Of a stretch of 64,000 bases of DNA, positions 1-10,239 are shown one piece after another. Within the stretch, counting starts at the first letter, position 1. Each line of letters opens with the position of its first letter. The position numbers were made by a program, and so were the translations under genes. Source of the DNA: an uncultured Clostridia bacterium (GTDB taxonomy: Bacteria; Bacillota; Clostridia; Oscillospirales; Ruminococcaceae); assembly GCA_947628405.1 (NCBI GenBank), contig CANQZR010000001.1, positions 956 to 64,955 of the forward strand, in the 5' to 3' direction. The notes below the pieces were generated by a model that worked only from the letters and a program-made list of their open reading frames with translations, searched no databases and was not told the DNA's origin.

Positions 1-404
1 CATTCAAAATCATTTGCTTTTATATCCACATATCCGTCTTGTTCCGTTTCGATCCGCAAAAACCAACGTCCGTTATGTTCGTTGAATTTATATTTTTTGC
101 CGATAGCCATATCAAGAATTATGTTCAGTCCCTGCCACATTGAAAACAGCATTATATTTTTCCGCAGATATTCACTGTCATTAAAATGATTGAGAACATC
201 AGTAAGAAAATAAAGCCTCGGCAGGGTACTTATTTCGGAATTATATCGCAGCGGATCATATAACAGGACATAAATACATGAATTAAACCGCAGGATATCC
301 CTGCATAGCACCGGACTTATCACAACACCTTTGTAATTGATAGGCTCAGCCCACAGAAGCTGTTCTTCATATCTGTTTTCTATTTCATCTGAAAGATCAG
401 CCAT
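1..404 (-). CDS. hypothetical morphogenesis-module protein (3-prime end cut by window edge)
   Basis: Own translation: ATG at 402-404 overlaps the stop of the upstream ORF (ATGGCTGA). The frame stays open to position 1 (MADLSDEIENRYEEQLLWAEPINYKG...). No family recognised. Confidence 0.5.
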   Translation of the reverse strand, partial: MADLSDEIENRYEEQLLWAEPINYKGVVISPVLCRDILRFNSCIYVLLYDPLRYNSEISTLPRLYFLTDVLNHFNDSEYLRKNIMLFSMWQGLNIILDMAIGKKYKFNEHNGRWFLRIETEQDGYVDIKANDFE

Positions 405-936
405 TTTGCAGCAGTCCCCCCACATTTATATCTATAAGCGAAAATCCTATCGTCCGGCAATATCTTGTCAGGCTCATAGGCTTTTCAACAGATGAAACAA
501 GCTGAATATCGCCTATCCAAGTCCCTTTTAGCGAAGCAACAGCTTTTATTACTTCCGAGCCTATCAGATCCGGCTTTGTGTAATTTATACAGCCATTGTC
601 CAGTAGATCATTTCTGTAAAAGCCTTTTTGCGTTCTCATATCGTCCTTGTCAACGGAACATACCACAGTTGCCGTAAGATTAGAAATACACATATTTGTC
701 CGGTGTCCCACAGCGTCAATTCCCACAAAAATAAGCGGTTCGGTAGTTGTGATCACATCAGGGTGCTGAAGATAGGGGAGGACACAACTATACATCAGAC
801 TAAAAGGATCTTCCGGATCGTAACCCTCTCCCTTATAATCAAGAGCATTGCGCACTTCCTCGGAATTAATGATTGCCGAACATAGCTGCGATTTTACCAC
901 ACCGATAGGATCGTACACGGGATCAATATAATTCAT
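397..936 (-). CDS. hypothetical structural-module protein (179 aa)
   Basis: Tightly packed, co-directional with the head genes, abuts neighbours. No motif recognised. Confidence 0.5.
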   Translation of the reverse strand: MNYIDPVYDPIGVVKSQLCSAIINSEEVRNALDYKGEGYDPEDPFSLMYSCVLPYLQHPDVITTTEPLIFVGIDAVGHRTNMCISNLTATVVCSVDKDDMRTQKGFYRNDLLDNGCINYTKPDLIGSEVIKAVASLKGTWIGDIQLVSSVEKPMSLTRYCRTIGFSLIDINVGGLLQNG

Positions 937-1902
937 TTAAATTCCTCCCGTTACCGTCAGTTCACATATTCCGCTGTTGTTCCCAACGGTCGCTCTGACG
1001 GCTATTTTTTTATCAATGTATTCACGCTCCGGCGGACATTTTATTTTTGCGGAATTTCCTTCCGGTGTTATTTCAGCAGGAATTTCACCCTCAACAGCCC
1101 ATTCAACGGTTTTATCCGTATCAACGCGTAAAGTTTTTGTTCCGCCTACGCGGATAACAGGCTGACCGGAATAAAGTATTGTCACCGTTTGTGTTCTGAA
1201 ATAATTGCAAAGCCATTCTTCAATTGAATCTGTGTCAGGGTCGTATTGATCTTCCGCAATAGTTATTTTTAAAAGCCCCTTGTCATAATAAGAAGCCGTG
1301 GTATCGTTCTGAGTAATGCGGAAAACAGTGGGAGCGGTTTTATTCCTGTCCCAGAATAAACGCTTCCCGTGATCCAATGCAATGGTGTTTTTATCCGCCG
1401 TAACCGTAATAAGGTGCTGCGAGCTTCCGAAAATAATTGTTTTATCTCCGCTTTCTCCGCTGTTGTATTGAGTGGAATTTATATCAAATACCGGATATTC
1501 AAAAACATTTGCATTATTATCCTGCCAGCGCATAGTGTAATTACACCGCGTCAGCTCGCATTTATAGAACATTCTGCTTTCTTTATAGGAAACAGTGCAT
1601 ATGTAATATTCTCCCGTATCTGTGCGGTAGACCACATCTCCGATAACAACGGGAGAATCAAGCAGCGACGTAACAGTGATGATATATCCGTTTGCAGCGG
1701 AATATTTCTGCTTCGTCACTTCCAACCGGATCTCTTTTCCGGTCAGCGCACCAAGTTCCCATACTTCAAATGTTTCAACATCAAGAGGGCGCTCAAAATC
1801 CCTTTCAAGCTCACGTGTAGTGTTATTTCTTTGCCAATCCGCCTTTGTTTTTGCGCCAAGAGCATTTTGTATGGTCCTGTAATAAGTAATATTTTTCTGC
1901 AT
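937..1902 (-). CDS. structural protein with C-terminal Ig-like (Big_2-type) domain
   Basis: 321 aa. The C-terminal ~80 aa (TKTLRVDTDKTVEWAVEG...AVRATVGNNSGICELTVTGG) resembles bacterial Ig-like group 2 repeats. Lies in the head/neck module. Confidence 0.45.
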   Translation of the reverse strand: MQKNITYYRTIQNALGAKTKADWQRNNTTRELERDFERPLDVETFEVWELGALTGKEIRLEVTKQKYSAANGYIITVTSLLDSPVVIGDVVYRTDTGEYYICTVSYKESRMFYKCELTRCNYTMRWQDNNANVFEYPVFDINSTQYNSGESGDKTIIFGSSQHLITVTADKNTIALDHGKRLFWDRNKTAPTVFRITQNDTTASYYDKGLLKITIAEDQYDPDTDSIEEWLCNYFRTQTVTILYSGQPVIRVGGTKTLRVDTDKTVEWAVEGEIPAEITPEGNSAKIKCPPEREYIDKKIAVRATVGNNSGICELTVTGGI

Positions 1903-1910
1903 ATTATTAC

Positions 1911-2405
1911 CTACCTGTAAATACTTTTGTACTTGTTTGTAATGCGGTCTTTGGCAATATACCGTGAAATGCTTTTCTCGTTTTTATCTTCAATATCGTT
2001 GCATAAGTCCTGAAATGTTTTTCTGTCATTACTCGGAGAATACAACGATTTTATATCCGATGACGTAAGAACATTAACGATAGGTTTGAGAGTGACAATA
2101 TACTTTTTAAGATATAATTCGTACATTATATCAGTAAGAAGATTTATTTCAACTTCGGTAAGCGTAAAATTGAAAACCTTTTCTTCATTGTCACAGTCAA
2201 AAAAATCAATATCGGGCGAGCATTTTGTCATCAGAACTGCGACAGCGTCCGCGAGCAGACTTGCTGCTCTCGTCTGTGCTATCTCCATAGCTTCATTTTC
2301 CGGTATACGGAAATAATCAAAGAAATCAGGATCTTTTTCAACCTTGTCCATAAATCTTCCGATTAAAACACTGAACGGCGTTTTCTGTTCTGACAACACA
2401 AACAC
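1911..2405 (-). CDS. hypothetical head-completion/connector region protein
   Basis: 164-aa ORF downstream of the capsid gene. Call rests on position only. Confidence 0.4.
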   Translation of the reverse strand: MFVLSEQKTPFSVLIGRFMDKVEKDPDFFDYFRIPENEAMEIAQTRAASLLADAVAVLMTKCSPDIDFFDCDNEEKVFNFTLTEVEINLLTDIMYELYLKKYIVTLKPIVNVLTSSDIKSLYSPSNDRKTFQDLCNDIEDKNEKSISRYIAKDRITNKYKSIYR

Positions 2406-2413
2406 CTCCTGTC

Positions 2414-3106
2414 TTACTTATTTTTTACAGGTCTGCCCGGCTTTTTGCTTTCTTCGGAATTTTCTTTGTCGGCAGTTTCATTTTCAGCTGTACCGGAATT
2501 ATTCATAGATTCTGATATCTGTTTCTGTAAAGCGGCGATCTGCTCCTGAAGTTTTGCGTTTTCAGCCTTTACACTATCAAGCTCTGCACTATCCGCCGCA
2601 GTCTCGGTCTTATTGAACATTATCTTTATATTAGTCTTGCGGATACCTTTCCGCAGTTCGTCTGCGCGCGCCTCGACAGTTCTTACGACACGGGTCGAAA
2701 TATCGGTAATCCCGCTGTTTTTCATTGAAACAAGCATACTCATAACTCTGTCAAAAACAGAATTGTTTGTTATGTTTATCAGCTTTTCAAGACCTTCCTT
2801 TGTGGGCTCTGTGAGAATACGTTTTATTTCAGCATTACTCATCAGCGACTTCCAGTCATTGATATGCAAAGCGTTATAAACTTCCTCTCTCACATCTTCA
2901 CCGAACATAAGCAGCCCCGTCCTGAAACAGTCGCTCTGACTGTTTATATAAGCAATTTCCGGAAAAGAAATATAACAGATCGTAGGTATATTATCTTTGC
3001 AAGGTTCAAAAAAGTAAGTCTGTATATTGCTTGGCGCACAGACATTGTGGTTATTGTAATTTAATACGGGAATAGCCGTATTTTCCTTTATAGACAGAAT
3101 TATCAC
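2414..3106 (-). CDS. hypothetical protein with C-terminal coiled coil and Lys-rich tail
   Basis: 230-aa ORF immediately after the capsid gene. C-terminus reads AELDSVKAENAKLQEQIAALQKQI...KKPGRPVKNK. Confidence 0.4.
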   Translation of the reverse strand: MIILSIKENTAIPVLNYNNHNVCAPSNIQTYFFEPCKDNIPTICYISFPEIAYINSQSDCFRTGLLMFGEDVREEVYNALHINDWKSLMSNAEIKRILTEPTKEGLEKLINITNNSVFDRVMSMLVSMKNSGITDISTRVVRTVEARADELRKGIRKTNIKIMFNKTETAADSAELDSVKAENAKLQEQIAALQKQISESMNNSGTAENETADKENSEESKKPGRPVKNK

Positions 3107-3154
3107 CCTTTCAGAAATTTTTGCAGGGAGAGAAATTCCCTCCCTGCATTTTTA

Positions 3155-4183
3155 TCAGCTCTGGAATTTTATCATTGCTACCTTTTCAGGATATGCTATG
3201 GTCATACCGTACTCATAGCCGGTAAATTTGAGTTCGATGACCTCTCTCTTATTGTCGGGAGTTTCATAAACTCTGAGATTACCTCTTTCAGTAAGATTAC
3301 CTATCTTGCCTGCAACACCGAATATTCTTTTATCAGGAACTGCAAGCTCGCCGTCGCTGATCTTTCTCTGACCAGAGAAGCCGAATACAGCAAGTCCGCC
3401 GTAGTCTTTTACAAGTCCGTAACGGTTGTACTGTTCTTTCATATTGCCGGACATATATTGATTGTAGCCGGTCATATTAGCGATCTGCTGTGCATATTTA
3501 TTAAGACCGAACATAAACGGTGCGTCAGTATCGTCCGCCCAGTCAAGAACATACAGACAAAGTTTATCAAGTATTTCCTTTGTAAGAGCGGAAGTACCTC
3601 CGGTAACTTCAAATACCTGTTCACCGCCGGTAATAGCCTGATCGAGAATAGAGAAAATAGTGCGGAGCTTTTTATTAGCAAGTGCTTCTTTGGCATACAC
3701 TGTCATCTTAGCAACAGTCTTGAAACCGTTCTTACGAAGTGCCTCATAGGAAATTTCAGTTTCAACCTGATTGTGCTTCCATATAGGCTTGAGAAGCGTC
3801 TCATCTATATACGACTTATCAACAGTACCGCCCTTTGCAGCTTCATAAGCAACAAGGGTATTTTTAGGAGCAGCTTCTGCCTCATAATCATCAAATTCAC
3901 CGATAGAATCATCATTAAACATTCTTGAAAGTATCTCGTCTGGTCTGTTATATGTAACGTCCTCAATGACCCTTGTTACATAAGCAGCAAGTTCGCGCTT
4001 TTCGTCAAAGCCTGTCTCGCCTATATGCTTTGCCCACGCATTGACTGTTTCGACAGTCTCCTTTTCAACAGCAGAAAAAGAAGATGTATTGCCGTTTAAA
4101 AATGTGTATTTTTCGGAAAGTTCATACAGTTGATTAGGAGATCTCATAAACTCTTCCATTGCAGTCGCGGTATATGTACTCAT
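3155..4183 (-). CDS. major capsid protein (candidate, lambda gpE-like size and position)
   Basis: 342 aa, directly downstream of scaffold-like and small decoration-like ORFs (lambda Nu3/D/E-like order). No motif-level proof. Confidence 0.6.
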   Translation of the reverse strand: MSTYTATAMEEFMRSPNQLYELSEKYTFLNGNTSSFSAVEKETVETVNAWAKHIGETGFDEKRELAAYVTRVIEDVTYNRPDEILSRMFNDDSIGEFDDYEAEAAPKNTLVAYEAAKGGTVDKSYIDETLLKPIWKHNQVETEISYEALRKNGFKTVAKMTVYAKEALANKKLRTIFSILDQAITGGEQVFEVTGGTSALTKEILDKLCLYVLDWADDTDAPFMFGLNKYAQQIANMTGYNQYMSGNMKEQYNRYGLVKDYGGLAVFGFSGQRKISDGELAVPDKRIFGVAGKIGNLTERGNLRVYETPDNKREVIELKFTGYEYGMTIAYPEKVAMIKFQS

Positions 4184-4208
4184 ATCTTTTTACCTCCGTT
4201 TCCTTTAA

Positions 4209-4664
4209 TTAGTCGCCGACTTTTGCCCAGTCAACGACTTCGATTATCACGCCTTTGTGAGTTCCGCAGTCCATATGGTTTGCATTCTTTACCTGAAGAT
4301 TGGAATTTCCAGCAGTTACCTTTTCAAACTTGCCGTCAGTGCCGACCTGTACATAGTCTTTATCGGCAACTTCGCCGACCTGATCCGTAAAGAATCTTTC
4401 ACCGATCCTCGGCTTGATGAGAACAACATATTCGCCCTCGGCAATATTCTCGTTACGGGGATCATAGTCAGGGATAGAAACAGGCTCTCCGGTGTGAAAA
4501 CGTCCTCTTGTAACAACGTAAATATCATTTGCAGTTGCGGCTGTAGGGAATTTAACGGTAGTATCGGTGTCTTTTACAACGCCCATACCCTGAACCATTG
4601 CCGCAGAAGCAGTACACATAGCATTTGCAGGTTCATTTGTTACATTCTGTAAATATCTGAACAT
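4209..4664 (-). CDS. head decoration-like protein (candidate)
   Basis: 151-aa ORF between scaffold and capsid genes. Call rests on position only. Confidence 0.35.
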   Translation of the reverse strand: MFRYLQNVTNEPANAMCTASAAMVQGMGVVKDTDTTVKFPTAATANDIYVVTRGRFHTGEPVSIPDYDPRNENIAEGEYVVLIKPRIGERFFTDQVGEVADKDYVQVGTDGKFEKVTAGNSNLQVKNANHMDCGTHKGVIIEVVDWAKVGD

Positions 4665-4680
4665 ATCAGCATTCCTCCTT

Positions 4681-5931
4681 TTAACCTTCGCAGAAACGGC
4701 TCATTATTGACTGAAAGTCTTTACCGTCTCCGTCGTTGAAATTGTTTATTGCGTTTGAAGTCACAGTTACTGACGCCACTGCAACATCAGACTTTTCTTT
4801 TGTTTCGGCAGATATTTTCTGCGCCATAAACCTATCTGCAATAAGAGATTTTATGGCAGCGGTATCTACATTTTCGATCATTCCGGCGATTTCCTTGTCA
4901 GTTTCAATTTCCTCTGCGGAAACATAACCGGAACTCAAAGCAAACTTTTTAAGTTCTTCACGCTGACCGGCAAGTTCCTTTTCACGCTTTTCAGCTTCGG
5001 ATTTTTCAAACTGTTCCTTATAAGAAGAAAGCTCCTCAATCTGAGATTGAAGAGTTTTGATCTGAATGCTTGCTTCTGCAAGGGCATTTGTTTTTAATGC
5101 AATTTCTTCTTCTTTTTTGGCAATGATCTCATTCAGACCAGCAATTTCATCTTCCGTCTTTTTGATAGTTTCCGTACTGTTTTCCGCAGGTTCGTCCGCA
5201 ATTTCTTTTTTTATATCGGAAATATTTTCTTCTCCGGCGGATAAAATATTTTCCTTTTCCATCGTATTACTTTTTTCCTCCTTTTCAAAATTTATATGAT
5301 CCAGATAAACAGCTTCCGAAAGTATCATTTCGGGACTGTTTTCCGTTTCGGCAATAGCAAGTGTAGACGCGCAATTTCCGTAAGCAGGTTTGTGCTTACT
5401 TCCAAGCAGACAATCCGCTTCAAATTCATATTCTTTAAGAATTTTTCTGCCGTCTTTGAACTCATATTGACTTATGCTTATTTCCCAAGACGAATGGAGA
5501 AGCCCCTCACTGAACAATCTTTTGATCGCCGAGCATATATTCTTGTTCCTTTTCCATATCCTGCTTGTGGCAAATAAACAGGGAATATTAACAGTCTCCC
5601 CATTGACAATAACGTCGTCGTTTTTTATCTCAACCGAAGTATTTGTGCCTATGGGAACGGTATCAAAGATCACCTCGCCATTTTTGGCAACATAACATTC
5701 ATGACCGCCTATATCGTCTTTACCCCTGTTTTTTATATACTTTGCAACAACAGGCTGTGATATAAGCGTCTGCGCCTTTTCTTCCGCCCCTTCAACAGGA
5801 AGCTCCACTCCGTTTGCATTTGGTCTGCCATACCAACATAATCGTCTTGTAAGCGTAAGATAACGTTTGCTTTCGGACACTTCAAATACGTCCGAACTAA
5901 TTTCAAATTTATCAGCTTCCACTGTTTTCAC
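4681..5931 (-). CDS. scaffolding protein (possibly protease-scaffold fusion)
   Basis: 416 aa. The C-terminal half is a Glu/Lys-rich coiled coil (EEIALKTNALAEASIQIKTLQSQIEELSSYKEQFEKSEAEKREKE). Lies between portal and capsid genes. Confidence 0.45.
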   Translation of the reverse strand: MKTVEADKFEISSDVFEVSESKRYLTLTRRLCWYGRPNANGVELPVEGAEEKAQTLISQPVVAKYIKNRGKDDIGGHECYVAKNGEVIFDTVPIGTNTSVEIKNDDVIVNGETVNIPCLFATSRIWKRNKNICSAIKRLFSEGLLHSSWEISISQYEFKDGRKILKEYEFEADCLLGSKHKPAYGNCASTLAIAETENSPEMILSEAVYLDHINFEKEEKSNTMEKENILSAGEENISDIKKEIADEPAENSTETIKKTEDEIAGLNEIIAKKEEEIALKTNALAEASIQIKTLQSQIEELSSYKEQFEKSEAEKREKELAGQREELKKFALSSGYVSAEEIETDKEIAGMIENVDTAAIKSLIADRFMAQKISAETKEKSDVAVASVTVTSNAINNFNDGDGKDFQSIMSRFCEG

Positions 5932-5936
5932 CGCCT

Positions 5937-7550
5937 TTATGTTCTTGCGTTTTTGTTATATTCTTTATCGTAATTTTGTTTTGCCTTGGTATCTGTATTA
6001 TCCGACGAAGGACGTCCTGCGCCGTCATTGTTTGTGTATGTATAAGTACTTTGGTAAGGTGTAAATACATCGTCAAGCCCCTGCAATTTTTCACTACGAC
6101 GCTTGTTTGTTTCGTCCTCGATATTAAGCCCCACCATACTGAAACAAGTTTCTCTTGACGCTCCAAAAGTAGTGAAAAGCACTTTTGCCAGCTCCTGCCG
6201 CTCTTCCGGAGAAAGTAACTCCGAATCGAGAATTTTTATTGTCGGCGCAAACTGCGGTTCAAGCCCGTTTTCTGCAATAATATTCTGATACCATTTCTGT
6301 ACAAATCTTTCTATCTGTTCCGTAATACTGTTTATAGTTTTCAGAAGTTCAGATAATGAAATAGAAGCCGTGCTTGCTCCGGTACTGCTTGTACTCATAA
6401 GGAAGCCGACCCCCAGTGAACTCAGTATTCTTTCACGGTAATTATTTACCGTATTTATATCAATAGTTCCCGTATCGCTGCACGAAACATATTTGATATC
6501 TTCCACGGTAGGACCTGCGGTAACAAGCACCATAGGTCTTTCAAACGCTTCCATAAGCATGACATGATTGTACTTCTGTTCCTCAAAATATTTCTCCCTG
6601 TTATGATCGCCGGAGACAAGTTCTTTCCTCATAGTCTGGACTATAAATTTTTTCGCTTTCACCTTTGCGTTGACCATATTTGTGTTATCGAACTGATCTA
6701 TCATCAATGCAGGATATAACGCGCGGAAAATAGGGGAAAGACCATATTTGCGCTTTTGATTGTTTATTCTTACAACGCCAGTCCAGCGATAATCAAGCCT
6801 TGCATACGGGTCATTGTCGATAAAAGCCTTATATATCTCAGGCGGATAGTTTGCTTTTATTTCTTCCCCGAGTTTCTGAAAGAAAAGACTTTCACGGTTC
6901 TTTCTGCGTTTTGGAGAACGACCTCCGAGTTTCGTGCAGAGTTTTTCCATATTAACAAGAACAACGGGTTCGCCGTTTATGTCATAATCGGATATTTCCA
7001 CAATTCCGAGAGGAAACCATGTGACGGTATATCTGCCGTCAACATTTCTGCAATAACATATGAAATTACCTTCCATATGTGCGGTAGACACCGCGTCTCG
7101 GATAAGACGTCCAAGATCAATCTCTGCATTGAAATCCGAAATTATCTGTTTGCTTTCGTTCAGCTTCGCAAGTTCCTTTTCGTCATCACCTACAGACACC
7201 GTATAGGAAGTGGTATATCCTGTGTTGACATTAGAATTTATTATCTCCTCAACTTTTCCGATAATATCGTTTTTGTTGACCTGTACACGCACAATTGAAT
7301 TTATTCTTAGAATTTTATCGAGATCGCTTTGTGCGTCAACAGCAAGCTCATTCAGCATTTTTGGCGTTGCAACAAGAGAAGTTCCGCAAAGTTCGGTAAG
7401 ATATGTGTTATATGCCATATTTTTCGGATCGTAACGAGAAATGGCATTTTCAATATCCTGTCCATGTTTTGCGGAAACTGTCATTATCGTAACATCAGTA
7501 TCCGGATCTTTGCCTATACATACACGATAATCTTCATTACTTTCTGTCAA
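5937..7550 (-). CDS. portal protein
   Basis: 537 aa, in canonical position after the large terminase (apart from the inserted PIN cassette) and before the scaffold. Family not verified. Confidence 0.65.
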   Translation of the reverse strand: MTESNEDYRVCIGKDPDTDVTIMTVSAKHGQDIENAISRYDPKNMAYNTYLTELCGTSLVATPKMLNELAVDAQSDLDKILRINSIVRVQVNKNDIIGKVEEIINSNVNTGYTTSYTVSVGDDEKELAKLNESKQIISDFNAEIDLGRLIRDAVSTAHMEGNFICYCRNVDGRYTVTWFPLGIVEISDYDINGEPVVLVNMEKLCTKLGGRSPKRRKNRESLFFQKLGEEIKANYPPEIYKAFIDNDPYARLDYRWTGVVRINNQKRKYGLSPIFRALYPALMIDQFDNTNMVNAKVKAKKFIVQTMRKELVSGDHNREKYFEEQKYNHVMLMEAFERPMVLVTAGPTVEDIKYVSCSDTGTIDINTVNNYRERILSSLGVGFLMSTSSTGASTASISLSELLKTINSITEQIERFVQKWYQNIIAENGLEPQFAPTIKILDSELLSPEERQELAKVLFTTFGASRETCFSMVGLNIEDETNKRRSEKLQGLDDVFTPYQSTYTYTNNDGAGRPSSDNTDTKAKQNYDKEYNKNART

Positions 7551-7608
7551 TCAATACACCTCCTTCACATAAGTAAGTTGTTTTCTGTTTTAAATATTGT
7601 ATTATATA

Positions 7609-7637
7609 TTGACAAATCGGATATAATATAGTATAAT
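7609..7637 (+). promoter_or_regulatory. consensus sigma-A-type promoter of the PIN cassette
   Basis: TTGACA (7609-7614), 17-nt spacer, TATAAT (7632-7637). Lies in the divergent gap between portal start and PIN gene. Confidence 0.6.
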
Positions 7638-7696
7638 GTTTATTAATAAGAACTTTTATGGTAATACCGTTGATCCGGATATACAGGAGTAATTTT

Positions 7697-8140
7697 ATGA
7701 ATAATATCAGCGTTTATCTTGACAATTGTTGTTATAACCGTCCGTATGACGATCAGACACAATTAAGAATAAGTCTTGAATCTCAATCCAAAATGTATAT
7801 TCAAAGATTGATTATTGAAAAAAGACTGAAACTTGTCTATTCTTTTATTTCAGAATATGAAAACAGTAAAAATCCTTATGAAATACGCCGAACGTCGATC
7901 AATGACTTTTTTAAAAATGCAGCTGTCTTTGTTGACGGTTCTCACTTACAAAAAGTCACAGAACTTGCCCGTGAAATTATGAAAACCGGTATTAAGCAAA
8001 TGGACGCTTACCATGTTTCATCGGCAATTATAGGTAAGGCAGATTATTTTCTTACCACCGACAAAAGATTACTAAAATACCAAACCGACAATATCAAGAT
8101 AATTAATCCGGTAGATTTTATTAGTATTATGGAGGCTTGA
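7697..8140 (+). CDS. PIN-domain ribonuclease-like toxin
   Basis: Motifs VYLDNCCYNRPYDD, MDAYHVSSAI and FLTTDKRLL fit the PIN acidic-residue pattern. RBS CAGGAG lies 7 nt before the ATG at 7697. Confidence 0.65.
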   Translation: MNNISVYLDNCCYNRPYDDQTQLRISLESQSKMYIQRLIIEKRLKLVYSFISEYENSKNPYEIRRTSINDFFKNAAVFVDGSHLQKVTELAREIMKTGIKQMDAYHVSSAIIGKADYFLTTDKRLLKYQTDNIKIINPVDFISIMEA

Positions 8141-8142
8141 TT

Positions 8143-8358
8143 ATGAGAAATACAAATGTGATCATGAATGATGCCATGAATTGCCTTGTGAAAAACCTTG
8201 GAATAATTGAAACAGAAATTTTTATTTCCAATCTTCTCCGCGAACCATTTGATTACACCGAATGGCGCAAAGACAAGTTTGATGATATGTCTTTTGACGA
8301 ACTTGGCAAAGCTGCTGCCGAGTATAGCCGGAAAATACATTCCAACGATAATATTTAA
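8143..8358 (+). CDS. small partner protein of the PIN gene (putative antitoxin)
   Basis: 71-aa ORF. RBS GGAGG at 8131-8135, start 3 nt after the PIN stop. No family recognised. Confidence 0.4.
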   Translation: MRNTNVIMNDAMNCLVKNLGIIETEIFISNLLREPFDYTEWRKDKFDDMSFDELGKAAAEYSRKIHSNDNI

Positions 8359-8362
8359 ACAG

Positions 8363-8402
8363 AAAAGGACTTTATTTCAACAATACAAATAAAGTCCTTT
8401 TT
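8363..8402. terminator. bidirectional stem-loop terminator between convergent genes
   Basis: Perfect 14-15 bp inverted repeat AAAAGGACTTTATTT / AAATAAAGTCCTTTT, flanked by A-run and T-run. Confidence 0.6.
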
Positions 8403-10239
8403 AATACGATATCTGTGAAACACACATAGGCATATCCACATAATCAGCTTTATAATCAGTTCTGTTTACTACCGTACCATGACGAAGCTGAGCAAGATAA
8501 AAACATAAAAGACCGAATGCGAACACTCGGTCATCGTGCATTTTATTACGCTTGTCCGGCGGAAAGTTATATGTAACATTTCCTGTATTTTCATATTTGC
8601 ACATGGTTATTATCTCTGTTTTAAGAAGCTCTATCTGCGCAAGCGATATCCTTTCTTCCGGCGACAGATCATATCGACGTTCTGCACCGTTATCATCAAT
8701 ATACGACAGATATTCCTTGTCCGAATATTCAGCAGGAAATGTCACTACGCCGAGTTTGACCATTTTTTCAATGGATTCAAATATAGCATTTCTGTTGCCT
8801 TTAGGATCAACGAGTCTCATTATATCAACGGCGTCGGGATATTTGTTTTTAGTCGTTTCATTTGCCTTGTGACTTCGGTCTATGATACCTTTGTGTGTTT
8901 TCCCGTCAAAACCTACCCAATCGGCTACAACGTAGTCCGCAACACCGCCTATCATCTGACCGCCTGCACCGCTGTCACAAATAACGGCTTTTATATTTTC
9001 ATAATCAAGTTTACCCTTGTCATTGCCGTTATAGTCAAGCAGAAGCTGTTTGAAATCTTCTACTTGCTCCGGCAGACGCTTCGGAGTTTTGTTTTTCGTA
9101 TCAATATCAACAAGACTTACAATGTTATGAAGATCCATTCGCCAGCCTTTTTCGGGATCATCAATAAACTCTGCAATCACAATGACGCTGTTATCGTTTA
9201 TACGCGCCGAATCCCACGCAAACGCAAACAAGCGGTTACCTGTATCGTTATTAAGCAGGGGAGGACGGTTTACGGTATGATTTATCAGATCGCGCCGTGT
9301 AAGTATCTGTCCTTCGTGCATATCTGCGGTAAATTTGTTATATAATTCACGCATAGCCTTGTCGTAATTGTCAGCAATGGCTTTATCAACTTTGTCTTTA
9401 CTTAACAAAGGTGGATAAGGTTCACCGTTGAATTTTGCATTAAGCACCATATCAACGTTAAAGTCGCATACGAAATATCTCTTATCACCCATAAGCATGC
9501 GAGAAGCAAACATTTTCAGCTTTTTGTAAAAAGGTGAATTTGTATCCGAAGCCGAGGAAGCATACAAAAGCTGCCGTGCAAATCCCATAGGCTCAAGGAA
9601 TATATCCACATTACCGCCTAACTTGAACCTTTCATTCTGGTTTGCAAAGTTTTCCGCCTGAACAAACAGTTCGTCGGAGAACCAACCGGCTTCATCAAAG
9701 AAAACAAGATGTGCTCTTTTACCTTTAATGTTTACTATATCCGAGTTAAGAGTGTTTATCGTTGAGTGATTAAACAGACTTAAATGAAACGAACCCGGAT
9801 CGTGTACAAAGCCGTCGCCATTAGGCGAATTATTTTCAATTTCATTCAGGAAAACATCTGTACTTCCGGTAAAGGATTCAATTTCCTTTTTGGCGATCTT
9901 CTCTATGTTGATAAAAACTTCCTTCGCCTGACCGCCTATGTTGCCAAGAACATAGGTATTATGAAACGGAATGAGTAAACTTCTATCCATAATGTAAACA
10001 CCGGCTATAGAGGTCTTTCCGCCGTTTCTGCATTGCAGCCAGATATCAAAAGGCACGAACCAAGAGTTGTATATTGCATACTTCTGATAGTCAAGAAGTT
10101 CAATACCAAGGAAACGCCGAGTAAATCCTATAGGATCTCCGCGCCCCCAGTTTATGATCTGCATATATTTTTCGTAAGTTTCGAGTTTTCTTTGAGAAAT
10201 TTCCTTTTGCGATTTTTTATTGATAATAGTCAGGCTCAT
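8401..10239 (-). CDS. terL: terminase large subunit
   Basis: 612 aa. Walker A-like QCRNGGKTS, Walker B LVFFDEAGW, and a C-terminal nuclease-like region with acidic residues (VICDSGAGG). Canonical position upstream of the portal. Confidence 0.85.
   Translation of the reverse strand: MSLTIINKKSQKEISQRKLETYEKYMQIINWGRGDPIGFTRRFLGIELLDYQKYAIYNSWFVPFDIWLQCRNGGKTSIAGVYIMDRSLLIPFHNTYVLGNIGGQAKEVFINIEKIAKKEIESFTGSTDVFLNEIENNSPNGDGFVHDPGSFHLSLFNHSTINTLNSDIVNIKGKRAHLVFFDEAGWFSDELFVQAENFANQNERFKLGGNVDIFLEPMGFARQLLYASSASDTNSPFYKKLKMFASRMLMGDKRYFVCDFNVDMVLNAKFNGEPYPPLLSKDKVDKAIADNYDKAMRELYNKFTADMHEGQILTRRDLINHTVNRPPLLNNDTGNRLFAFAWDSARINDNSVIVIAEFIDDPEKGWRMDLHNIVSLVDIDTKNKTPKRLPEQVEDFKQLLLDYNGNDKGKLDYENIKAVICDSGAGGQMIGGVADYVVADWVGFDGKTHKGIIDRSHKANETTKNKYPDAVDIMRLVDPKGNRNAIFESIEKMVKLGVVTFPAEYSDKEYLSYIDDNGAERRYDLSPEERISLAQIELLKTEIITMCKYENTGNVTYNFPPDKRNKMHDDRVFAFGLLCFYLAQLRHGTVVNRTDYKADYVDMPMCVSQISY

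Noticed and set aside
8536-9345. Long antisense ORFs inside well-supported genes: 8536-9345 (+) in terL, 17907-18398 (+) in the RNAP gene, 23429-24124 (-), 49534-50070 (-), 51928-52623 (-), 60717-61193 (-), and many 60-130 aa shadows.
   Set aside because: They lie opposite ORFs with clear motifs and RBSs. Their translations are Phe/Ile/Cys/Arg-rich low complexity, typical of the reverse frames of AT-rich genes, and they lack RBSs.
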